A DNA stretch of 64,000 nucleotides from Rhynchobatus australiae. Taxonomy: Eukaryota. Shown piece by piece: positions 49,830 to 61,565 of this stretch; the first letter of the stretch is position 1; each line of letters begins with the position of its first letter. The DNA lies in contig JAUZTB010000002.1 of NCBI GenBank assembly GCA_034780895.1, forward strand, positions 40,109,020-40,173,019, read 5' to 3'. Made by a program: the position numbers and the translations under genes. A model generated the notes under the pieces. The model was not told the origin of the DNA, made no database searches, and saw only the letters and a list, made by a program, of their open reading frames with translations.

Positions 49830-51030
49830 ATGAATTAAAAGGGCATCAATACCAGAATCTTGAAGATAATGCAAAGGGTATCATGGGTAAGGAACAACAA
49901 TGTTTAAAGGAAGATGAATATAAATCTTTTACTTTTATGGAGCTGTGGAAATTCTTTGTTCAAAAATTGTAAGAAAATCAAGCAGAAAAATTTGATTTCT
50001 TGAAAAGGACATGGTGTTTGACAAGTTTACTAGAGTATGTTGAAGATGTAATAAACAGGGTGGGTGATGGGAACTGAGTGGATATAGTATATTTGAATCT
50101 CCATAAGGCATTTGATAATGTGCCAATAAATGTTACTGCACAGGGTAAGGGTGCACAAAGTTGTGGGTTATAAATTTACTGGGATTGTCATTTGACTAAT
50201 TGACAGAAAATCAACAGAGAGTCAGACATAAATGGGTCATTTTCAGATTGGCAGCCAGTAACTAGAGGCTAGCAATGAGACCTCAACTACATACTATCTA
50301 CGTTAATGACTTGGATGAAGGGACCAAGTGTAGTGTGGCCAATTTTGCTGAAGGTACAAAGATAAGTAGATTAGCAAGTAGTGAGGACGCTAGGTCTGTA
50401 TAGATGTTAAGCGAGTGGGCAGGAAGTTGGCAGTTAGAACATAATGTGGGAAAATGTGATGTTATCATTTTGGAAGGAAGAATAAAACAGCAAATTACTT
50501 AGATGGGATGAGACTACAAAATGCAATGGTTCAAAGGGATCTGTGGTACATTGAACACAAAAGGTTAGCACAAAAGTACAGGGCACAGGAGAGACCACAT
50601 TCGGAGTACTGCAAACAGCTTCGGCCTCCATATTTGGATTGTGGGCAGTGCAGAGAAGGTTCACAAGTGAACCATATGAAGACAAGTAGAGTCTACACTC
50701 ACTGAAGCTTAGAAGAATGAGAGGTGATCCTATTGAAATATAAGAGATTCTGAGGGGGAGTTGACAGGTTGTATACTAATAGGGTTTTCACTGCTGGGGT
50801 TATCCAGAACTGGGTGCCACAGTTTCAGAAAATGGAATTGTCCATTTTGGACAGAGGTGAGGAGGAGAGTAACATATCTTTGGAATTTGCTACCTCAAGG
50901 AGCTGTTAAGGCAGTCATTAAATATATTCAAGGTGGAGACTGAAAGAATCAGCTATGATCTAATTAATTGGCAGGGCATTCTCAAGGAGCCAATTGGCTG
51001 CAACTCCTGTCTTTATTTTATGTTCTCCAT
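49830..51030 (+). mobile_element. CR1 LINE remnant
   Basis: aatgacttggatgaagggacc..ttttgctgaaggtacaaagata (NDLD..FA..TK), agaagaatgagaggtgatc, 3' tail ctcctgtctttattttatgttc. Confidence 0.7.
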
Positions 51031-51399
51031 GAAATAACATAGGATATCAAAGATATTAAACTACATATTGTCTGCAGAACTATTTGTGGATTTATGAATT
51101 GGTGGTTTGGTATCCAAGGAAGGCTATACTAGATTACAGATGATCTACAATTCCCCTCACACTCATATTTACAGAATAGGTTGCATCCACCAAAAAACAT
51201 CCATAGCAATAGATTTTTGAGCTGCTCTTGATAAAGGTCAAACTGACCAAAAAGACTGACAAATGCTGCAAGAATGACCTGGCAAAATTATTCAAAGGCA
51301 AATCACTTCCAAATATTACAAATCTGCCAATGATGACATCAATAGCAAACAGATGTATCAATTATGTCAAAGATACTCTGCTTAACATGGGCCAGTAAA

Positions 51400-52410
51400 T
51401 TAAATTGGTAAATTGGTTTATTATTGTGACATGTACTAAGGTACAGTGAAAAACTTTGTCTTGCCTGCCATCCATGCAGATCATTTCATCACATCAGTAC
51501 ATTGAGGTAGTACAAGGGGAAAGCAATAACTGAATGCAGAATAAAGTGTTACAGTTACAAAGAAAGTTCAGTGCTGACAGACAATGAGGTGCAAAGCCAT
51601 GACGAGGTAGATTGTGAGGTCAAGAGTCCAACTTATCATACAAGGGGACTGTTGGACTGTTCAATAGTCTTATATCAGTGGGATAGAAGCTGTCCTTGAG
51701 CCTGGTGGAACATACTTTCAAGCTTTTGAATCTTCTTCCTGATGAGGGGGTGGGGGGCAGAGAAGAGAGAATGTCCAAGGTGGGTGGGGTCTTTGATTCT
51801 GCTTGGTGCTTTACTGAAGCACTGAGAAGTATAGACAGAGTCCATGGAGGGGAGCCTGGTTTCCATGATTTGCTGAGCTGGGTCCACGACTCTCTTCAGT
51901 TTCTTGCGGTCACAGGCAGAGCACTTGCCATACCAAGCAGTGATGCATCCAGATAGGATGCTTTCTATGGTTCATCTATAAAAATTAGTGAGGTCAAAAG
52001 GCATATGCAAATTTCTTTAGCTTCCTGAGGAAATAGAGGCGCTGGTGTGTTTTCTTTGCCATGGCATCTACACAGTTGGACAAGGACAGGCTATTGGTGA
52101 TGTTCACTCCTAGGACTTTGAAGCCCTCAACCCTTTTGACTTCGGCACTGTTGATATAAACAGGAGCGTGTGCGCCACCCCGCTTCCTAAAGTCAATGAC
52201 CAGCTCTTCTGTTTTGCTGACATTGAGGGAAAAGTTGTTGTCATGGCACCATGCCACTGTGGTCTGTATATCCTTTTTGAACTCTAATTCTTCATTATTG
52301 GAGATTTGGCCCCCTACAGGGGTGTCATCTGCAAACTTGTAGATGGAGTTAGAGCAGAATCTGGCCACGGAGTCATGAGTGTAAAGTAGGGGGCTGAGTG
52401 TCCACTGACT
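51400..52410 (-). mobile_element. Rex1/Babar-type LINE, RT C-terminus to 3' end
   Basis: LSPLLYTHDSVARFCSNSIYKFADDT..LNVSKTEELVIDFRK..FKVLGVNI..KKTHQRLYFLRKLKKF; same family as 22475-23090. Confidence 0.9.
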
Positions 52411-55400
52411 ACCAACAGCAACATTACACTGTACAAATTTACTAAATGTCAGAATTCCCAAAGCCAAGAAGGCTAGGGATCACAGGTTTTATGTGCTCCA
52501 CTATCTACACAAGTCAGAAAAGAAATGCACCTTGGAATGACCATTCAGTTAATTTTTGAAAGGTTAACGAAAATTATTTTTTGTTTCAGACAGCTATCAC
52601 ATTAAAGGCAATCCAAAGTACCATTAATCGTTTACTTAAAAATACAAGTGCCTAATTGTTTCCAGGGCAACAAAGATATAGCCTGGAACCATGGCTCATG
52701 ATACCTCAGTGATCTTCCAGGACACCATCCCTGAAAATATACCCTGCCTAAAATCACAAAAGACAATCACTCCGAGTCCAATGCATTTTTGTCCTCATTT
52801 CCCTGATCTCTCCATGATGTTTGACAGATCAAATATGCCATCCTCCCTCACTGCCTCTCCTCTTATCCAATTCCATTAGATTGCCTCACTCTTCCTTAAA
52901 TGTACTCATCACATTTTCAATTGATTTTCTTCTACCATCATAGTCAACCCTGGATTTTCCCAAGGATGTCAGCCTGGCTCCCACCCCCTTATGTAATTAT
53001 CCACAGGAATGGATATCATCAGCCACTGTGTACGCTGACAACAAACATATGTACCTGCGCAGAACTTGTCTACACCACATCATTATCACCATGCTGTTAT
53101 AAGTGTCTGACATCAATTTGCGGAAAAATCAGTTTCTCTTTTAATTGAATGCTGAATCCACTGAAGGCTGTTCTCTGTTGCCAAAGATTCCATTGCTCCC
53201 GCTGGCCAGACTCTGAGGCTGAATCAGACAGTTTTATAATCTTGGCATCCTGTTTTACCCAGGCTGAATCTCAAACCACATACCATATTTATCAAGACCC
53301 TGCACCCTGCTTCTTACTGCACACCTCACCTCTCCTGCTGCTCAAACTCTCCTAAATGCTTTCATCACTTCTAAATTCAAAGTGAGGATGCTTAAACACA
53401 GGTGAGAGAAATGCAGACTGACCTTCAAGCTTTGGGCATTGGTGAATCCACACATACCATGGTGAAGAATAATGCGTTAAATAAACATCCTGCAAGGCTG
53501 TGTACTTATGGCTAGCTGACTCACCAGTAAACTGCTCACCATCACAGTTCAGCTTCTGCCAGCCCTACTTGAGACAAGAAGTTATCATAATCTTAATCCA
53601 TGCATGGACACAAGAGCTGAATATCATAGGAAATGTCAAGGCAACAATTACCAAGTACAGTGCAAATAGCTCCTATGAAAACTAGTAAATATAGTAAATA
53701 AGCATCTTTTTAAAAAATTCTTCATTGACTGGAATTTTACACAACCTGAGAAAAGGGTTGCAGTTGTTAAAAGCCAGTCATCACTGCTCTGGCAATATTA
53801 CTTCAGGAATTCTTCACTAGAGGGTCCTTATGCCAACCATCATCAGCTGCCTTCATTCATGACTTTCTGTCTGATAGGAGTGTAGCTGTTGGCTGACAAT
53901 ACTATTGTATTCATCTCAGCCACCAATTCCAGTAAAGAAACAACCTATGCTGATAAACAACAGGATAGTAACAACATCCAAAGTTGGGTCAATAGATGTG
54001 ATGAATTTTATCTGTTTCTAAGTGCCAGACATCGACCATGTCCAACAAAAATGCCAAATAATGTCTCACTGACCTTCATCTGCACCACTATTATCATATC
54101 TCAGCACTGAACCTGTGGGGCCAGAAGGTTATCTGGATCAGCCACTTTAACATTGTAATGACAGAGGACAGGCAAGATACATTAAAATAAGTAATTTGCT
54201 TTTTAGTCTCTCAAAGACTTCACCATCCACAAGGCACAAGCCAGAAGTTTGAGACATATTCAAGATGCTCAATATTATTCACATTGGGCCTGTTTACTGG
54301 ATTGACCCCACTCACTATGATGTCCAATACGGGAGGACTGCAGCTCCAGCATGCATAGTCTTCAACAATTTCTGTGTCTTTGGGACTATCACGGGAAAGC
54401 TTCTTGAAAAAAATACTGCTACTAACTGTATCCTATACTTAATGGACATATTAAATATGATTTAAGGCAGTATGAAGAAAAGAAAATTATAATTGCCAAG
54501 GATGGTTAGTGCACTAAGTTAATGGAAGTGCGTTCCTTTCCTTTGGCTGACCTTGTAAAGTCACCAAGTGTTCATTCATTTCCTCCAGATATATGATACT
54601 TTGTAATGGTGGCTGCATTGGTTGGCATCTCCTGCTACTCCTATTTGACAACTTCTCTATGGACCCCTCAGTAAACGGCCCTGAATAGAGTCCTCCAGCA
54701 TCTCACTACATCTGTCATAATTCCTGACCAAATGAAGAAAGCAGCACTTTTTGACCTTCAACGGCAGACCCTTTTTTGGAACTTTGAGTTCCTGTTTATG
54801 TCAGAAGAGGTTGAAATGAGTGTTACACAAAAACTGATGTCAGTAAAGTTGCATCTGATGCTGGGAAAACTTTGGGTAGTAGCCAGAAGTGCTCCGACAA
54901 ATTACGTAATTGATGTTATTTCACCTTTTTATTTAATGTCTCTAATTATGAAGGTTAACACTTCAAACTTTTTGATTATATTTGTACCTAATCACTACAT
55001 TTTAGTGCAACAAACAATCTGCTGGAGGAACTCAACGGGCTGAGCAGCATCTGTGGTGGGAAACCCTGCATCAGGGATAAAAATACTACAGGACTAAAAC
55101 TAAGACTAACTACAAAGGACTACTAGTCCACTACATTTTATGCAGGACCTTCAAATCTTTTTGTTTCTCCTTCAACTTTGAGCTAAAAAAGATGAATTGG
55201 TCTTTCTGGTTCTGGTCCAATATGAATGATCTGAAATTTTGCTGTATGGAAGTCCATCTGCTGCTTAATCTATAGACACCTCTTCCTAATTTTATGTTCC
55301 CAGTATACTACCAGTCATTGCATAATTGGCATGGGATATCAGGGTCTCTATTGCATTAGCCAGACAATTAATACATTTTAGTTTGTGTAAATAAGTGTGG

Positions 55401-56234
55401 ACAACACTATATGATGCCTTTACTCTTGTGTATATTGTTGTATGTATGTACACAGTTTGAGCAGAACCTTGAATAAACTTCATTCATCATTTAGAACCAG
55501 TGTTTCCTACTTGCACACTCAACATTGCACTCATGACTAGAAAGGCACTACACTGTCTTGAGGATGGAATGGAAGGGAAGCAGCTGTCTGAAATAATGAA
55601 GACGCTGAGTGCATCGGGCTGTTGTAGCTGTTAGAGGGGAACAGTGCAAGGTATCAGATCTGATTCAATCTGGCTTTACAAGAGCTGGAGCTTTAAAATC
55701 TCGTGAGCTCTTCAGTTTTTGTGTCGAAGAGCTGAAGGTTTTCTGCTGGGAAAATGTTACAGTTGAAGTGAAATACAAAGGTGAAGGTGTGCCTGCTCAA
55801 AATGATGCCATTCAAGAGAATAAGAAAGCAGTGTTACTAACAGAGATGACTGCAGGTGGGTATATCACTTAGTAGAACTCCTGGATGCACATAGGACAAA
55901 AGACATCTCAGACAATGGAGAGAGAAAGAGGTTGCAGAATCATTTAAAATCAGCTTTTAGAAATCACAGAAAGGTACAAATTTGAGACCAGAAACCAAAA
56001 GTCAGGCAAGACATTAGTGGTGCCAATGAACCTGACTTAAGACTGTAACTTTGATGCCTTCCTGAAGCAAACACTGTGGAACATGTTTATGCATCTACTT
56101 TGGTTACCAACTGCATGCCCTTGTAACCATTCTTGGATCCAAGTCTGCACTTCTCCAGAATACTGCAATGAGCCAGTATCCCAATGAGAATGGAAATCAA
56201 TCATCGTTACAGAATATCAAAGTGGATGCATTTT

Positions 56235-56434
56235 AAATTGGTAATTTTGTTTATTATTGTCACATGTATTGAGGAACAGTGAAAAACTTTGTTTTATATG
56301 CCATCCATACAGATCATTTCATCACATCAGTACACTGAGGTAGTACAAGGGAAAAGTAATAACAGAATGCAGAATAAAATGTTACAGTTACAGAGAAAGT
56401 GCATTGCAGGCAGACAATAAGGTGCACGGCCATG
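56235..56434 (-). mobile_element. Rex1/Babar LINE 3' end running into an assembly gap
   Basis: Near-identical to 51400-51600. A further short copy lies at about 61155-61240. Confidence 0.8.
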
Positions 56435-57731
56435 NNNNNNNNNNNNNNNNNNNNNNNNNNNNNNNNNNNNNNNNNNNNNNNNNNNNNNNNNNNNNNNNNN
56501 NNNNNNNNNNNNNNNNNNNNNNNNNNNNNNNNNNTTTCCTTCTCTTTCTTCCCGCATCTCTACTTAAAATCTGTTATAGGTCTATATTATTCCAGTTCTG
56601 TTGAAACCATCTCCACAATAGGAGGAAGAATAATCTCAAACTACAAACATAAACTATGACACATTGACAAATTGGTTGACAAATATCACTCTAGCAAGAA
56701 TTCAAAATCAAAACACCCTCAAAATTTACTCTTTTACAAATGGAATTTATAGCATTCAAGTCCAACTCTCTCAGTTTCATAGGTCTAAATGTTCTTTAAG
56801 CATTTATCCATTTGTGCTTGTTAAACAATTTTTAAAAGCCACATTTCAACAATAAGCTTTAACAGAAACCTGAATTGAATAAACATATTAATTTTGTTTA
56901 CCATGTTTTCCCACTTTGAGTACAATCAGCTAGTTTTGGGAAATTAGTTTCTATGTTCAATATTTCACTTCAACTGATTTGCATGTCACCACACATATAA
57001 TACTCTGTGGACCAGCAAAAGTAGTCTGTCTTTTACAATGTAATTTATTAAAAAAACATTAGTAATATTCTTTGAGTTCTATTAAGAGTTAAAATGAGTT
57101 ACCATGTAAAACGTAAACTTTTGGAAAACGAGGTGTCCATTTTAAATAATTGAAAATTACTGTAGAATACCCATACAGAAGCCTCATTTATCAGTTGCAT
57201 TAGTCAGTTTGATTGCAAAATATAAAAGCTTTCAAAATGTGTCCATCAGTATTTTGGAGCCTCCAAATTTACAATGACGTTGCTTCTCAGAAGTCCATAA
57301 AATGGAATTTATTTGATCACATGGTACGGCAAATTTTGTGAGCAGGACTGGTTTCTCATGCTATAATTTTTATATAATGCAAAAGATTACAGAAATTCAG
57401 CCTGCACGGAAGTTCATTTGAGACTGCCATTCTTTAATCTTTTGACTAGTTTGGCAACTTTGTGATAAGATAGCATGAAAAATCCATACAAACTAGCAGA
57501 AAATCTCACCCCTTTGTTCTAACCATTTTAAAATTGTGATTCATTTTTACATTTCTCAAGCCAGTGTAAGATAAGCAAATTGGTATTTTCACCTTCCCCA
57601 ACCAAAACTTATTTACACAAACATGAAGTATGACTTGTTTTAATTTTGCTCACAATTCTTTTTTTAAAGAGAGGAATAAATATTAACTATGAAAGCATAT
57701 TATATTTAGATGCAACTTTCTACCTTCACAG

Positions 57732-59563
57732 TGAGCGGAGATCCAGGGTTACCTGGACCACCTGGACCTCCAGGACCACCAGGACCCCCAGGCCAAGCAG
57801 GATATCCAGGCAAGCCAGGTATTGGGCTGAAAGGAGCTCCTGGCGATCCAGGACAACCAGGACCACAAGGACTCACTTTAAAGGGTGCTCCAGGCATTCC
57901 AGGATCACCAGGACAGCCAGGAAGAATAGGATATCCTGGACCAAAAGGTGATCCAGGAGTTCAAGGGATACAAGGGCAGAGAGGCAGTCCAGGGCCTCCA
58001 GGAAATCCTGGACCAGCTGGATTGTCAGTTGTTGGAAAACCAGGTCCACCAGGGGCATCAGGATCTCCAGGCGTACCTGGATTACCTGGAACAAAGGGAC
58101 ATCCAGGTTATCCTGGTCCTGCTGGGCCAAAAGGGGAAAGAGGAATTGGTATCCCAGGGCCTGCTGGTGAGAAAGGACCTCCAGGTTCCCCAGGGTCACC
58201 AGGAATCCCAGGACCAGTGGGATTAAGTGCACCTGGAGCTCCTGGTCGCCCTGGGGAACCAGGTAAGAAGGGTGCAATTGGACCACCAGGCCCATCTGGT
58301 TTCACAGGTGCACCAGGTCAAAAAGGGCCACCAGGTCTACCTGGACAACCTGGAATTGGAAAGCCTGGAGTGAATGGTTCACCAGGATTACCAGGGCCCC
58401 CTGGTTTTAAAGGTCACCCTGGCTTACAAGGTTTGCCAGGGGCACCAGGCTTGCCAGGTATTGGAAAGCCAGGTGATCCAGGATCCAAAGGAGAACCTGG
58501 TCCAGTTGGTTATACTGGATATCCTGGAAAGAAAGGAGAGATGGGACCAATTGGGAAACCAGGACCTCCGGGATTAATGGGACCAGCTGGTATACCGGGA
58601 TCAGAAGGCCTCAGAGGTTTACAAGGAATTCCTGGCTCACCGGGAATGAAAGGGGCACCAGGGCACATGGGTATACAAGGCTACCCAGGATCAAAGGGTG
58701 AGAGAGGACCAACTGGTAGCCCAGGTATATCAGGACTTCCAGGAAAACCAGGTTCAACAGGTCTACCAGGACCAATTGGACCTGTGGGTCAAAAAGGTGA
58801 TCCTGGGCTTACTGGTCCATCTGGTAAATCAGGAAGCCCTGGTGCTCCTGGCCCTCAAGGTCCATTAGGTTTTCCAGGTCCAGTAGGTCTGAGAGGACCT
58901 GCGGGAACACCTGGTCACAAAGGCTTGCCTGGTTTGAAAGGTGCACAAGGGCTTCCTGGAAAAGATGGTGCTCCAGGAGCTCCAGGACTACCAGGACCTC
59001 CAGGCATTGTTAGCAGACAATTAATCAAGGGGTCACCGGGTGCACCAGGTCAAAATGGAGCAGTAGGCCCTCCAGGTCCACCAGGTCTTCCAGGCCCACC
59101 AGGTTTACCTGGTGAAATTTATGTCCAACCAGAAAAATCTGTACAGCCACCACCTGGATTATTAAGTCCTGTTCCAGCTTTTACAGCCATTCTATCTCGG
59201 CCATATCCACCAGTAGGTCAACCAATTATGTTTGACATACTAGTGACCAATTCAAATAACAACTACAATCCAGCATCTGGTGTATTCACATGTGAAATAC
59301 CAGGGCTTTACCAATTCAGTTACCATGTACAAATCAAGGGGGCAAGTGTCTGGGTTGCATTATATAAAAATGGAAAACCCATCCTACAAACATATGATGA
59401 TTACACAACAGGGTATGTTGATCAGGCTTCAGGAAGTATTATAGTACACCTACATGATAATGACCAAGTCTATGTATTGCTACCTTCAGAAGAAGCCAAT
59501 GGTTTATATTCATCTGATGAGAAACAGTCATCTTTCTCAGGATTTTTGATTAGCCCTTCATGA
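57732..59563 (+). CDS. col10a1: Collagen X alpha-1-like copy B, large terminal coding exon (triple helix about 57737-59119, C1q/NC1 about 59174-59560). Full protein 646 aa
   Basis: Acceptor ctttctaccttcacag|tg in phase 1; about 461-aa Gly-X-Y domain with 8 interruptions in register with copy A; C1q domain ending [11 protein letters not shown]. Confidence 0.95.
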
Positions 59564-60716
59564 TTTGCTTCAGTTAATGATAATATATCTGATCAGGTTT
59601 GACAGGACAAATCCTACTTGATAAACAATGCAACCTCATTAAGCAATCAATAGAAGCCAAAAAGGGACAATTACTATCAAGCTAATAAGTCACCACTGTG
59701 TTATTTTAAAATAAAGTATATCTGTGGAATTAATGTTATTCTTCCTATACTGCACATATGCTTTTGGATCATCTAAGTTTACTAAATACAATATGTTTTA
59801 TACAATGCACTGATGTACGAGATACACTTAATGAAGCAGAAAATTATATGCATTTTTATAGCTTATTACCTTCATGAGGAAGAAACGTGCTCTGTTTTTA
59901 AAAACCAAAAAGCTGTTCAGTCTGTATGATATTTTGTTTTCTTTTCTGAATCAGCATCTTTGGGGAAATTATGCTAAAATAAGAAATATGTTTGATGATA
60001 CAAAATTAGTGTTTCCTACCCAAAATTAGACTGCAGTCCTCAATTTTAATGCTGTTCATGGAATTACACTAATTGTTTTGCTTCCAGATTTTATCTATTT
60101 CATCATTAATGTATACTATTTCAGAGTTCATAATTTTAGTTGCTCCATATTTGGTTATTTGGTTTATAACCAATTGGTTTATAACCAATAGCTGCTTTTT
60201 CATTTAAAATACTTCAAATGTGTTTATTACAAAGAAAATGTAAATATTTTTTTCATGAGTAACTTTTTAATGTATAGAAATTTTCTTTGTTCTTTTTTGT
60301 CATTGCCATTTATGGACCATCTGAGGTTTGTTCGTTGGTTATCCATCAGCCAACTTGGCAGTGAAGATACCACTTTTGATCCATAGTCCTTTAAGAACAA
60401 AGGTGAGGGGATGAGTAACTGTAATTGGCTTGGTGTTCTGGATCAGAATTCTAGCAAACATTATGGGAATGTGTGCCTTTCACCTTGCAAAGAAGTAGGC
60501 TTAGTTATGATGTCAAAAACAGTCGAACACTCTGGAAGCACAGAAGAAAGACCAGCTGATTCAGACTGCTAGACAGCTGTTAGCATCCATAGAACAGTAT
60601 TTCAGATGAATCAGAGGTAGAAAATAAGTGCACATGGAAAGCTAGTATAACTTATAACAACAATCTACTGTATTGTTTTGTATTACCTCTGCTTATATAT
60701 TTATTACGTGCTGTCA

Positions 60717-60722
60717 AATAAA
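60717..60722 (+). terminator. Probable polyadenylation signal of copy B (alternative AATAAA at 59710)
   Basis: AATAAA about 1.15 kb after the stop, followed by a T-rich downstream tract. Confidence 0.5.
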
Positions 60723-61057
60723 TTTTTGAAACTGGATTCTAATGGGTTCTTTTTTCAATTTTTTTCTTTGCAATATTTTTTTTAATTAGGAGTTCATCAG
60801 TTTATTTATAATTAAAATTGTCACACGAAAATCCCAGAAGTTCTCTGCTTCCTGTTGTAACTAAAGAAGTTCCATGAAATGCAATGGAATTTCAGAACCA
60901 ACTTTTAAAGGAACCATGTTCACCAAAATTTAAGTTGTACTGGCTTTGCACAGTAAACACAAAAAAGGCACATAACATTTAGAACAATAGTTATCTGGGA
61001 ACAAATCAACAGCAAATGCTGACTATCTAGGTTCATATGGAATGGCCACCTGAGCAG

Positions 61058-61133
61058 ATGCAAATGTGCAATTCCAAAGGGATTTAACTCCCTTAATGCA
61101 AATGTGCAATTCCAAAGGGATTTAACTCCCTTA
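61058..61133 (+). repeat. Perfect 2 x 38-bp tandem duplication
   Basis: atgcaaatgtgcaattccaaagggatttaactccctta occurs twice in direct succession. Confidence 0.9.
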
Positions 61134-61339
61134 ATGGCAGAGGTAGAGGAAATATGGAATTGGTTTATTATCACTTGTAACGAGGTACAGTGAAAAACTT
61201 ATCTTGCATACTATTCATACAGATCAATTAATTACACAGTGATTATTATCACTTAACTGTGCAAATAATGGAAATCCAAAGTAAATATCCTTCCCAATTT
61301 TTGAAATGATCGTCTTCAGCAACAGAATGATTTCAGAGA

Positions 61340-61565
61340 GTAAAATCACACAGAAACTGGTTGGAATCTAGAACGTGCTGTCTGAGGATATGGTGAAGGC
61401 AGATACTTTCACAACATTTCAGAAGGATCTAGACGAGCACTTGAATCACCAATGCATGAAGGCTATTGTCCTAATGCAAGTAAATGGAACTGGTATAGAG
61501 GGAAGCAACGGCCAGCGTGGACATGGTGAGCTGAAGGGCATGTTTCTGTGACATACGACTATAAG
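61340..61565 (+). mobile_element. CR1 LINE 3' tail
   Basis: ggttggaatctagaacgtgctg..acaacatttcagaaggatctagacgagcacttgaat..ctgaagggcatgtttctgtg..gactataa. Confidence 0.7.

Noticed and set aside
55609-55872. ORF containing AVRGEQ, like human collagen X IAVRGEQG
   Set aside because: No Gly-X-Y continuation and incompatible splice phase; probably decayed repeat sequence.
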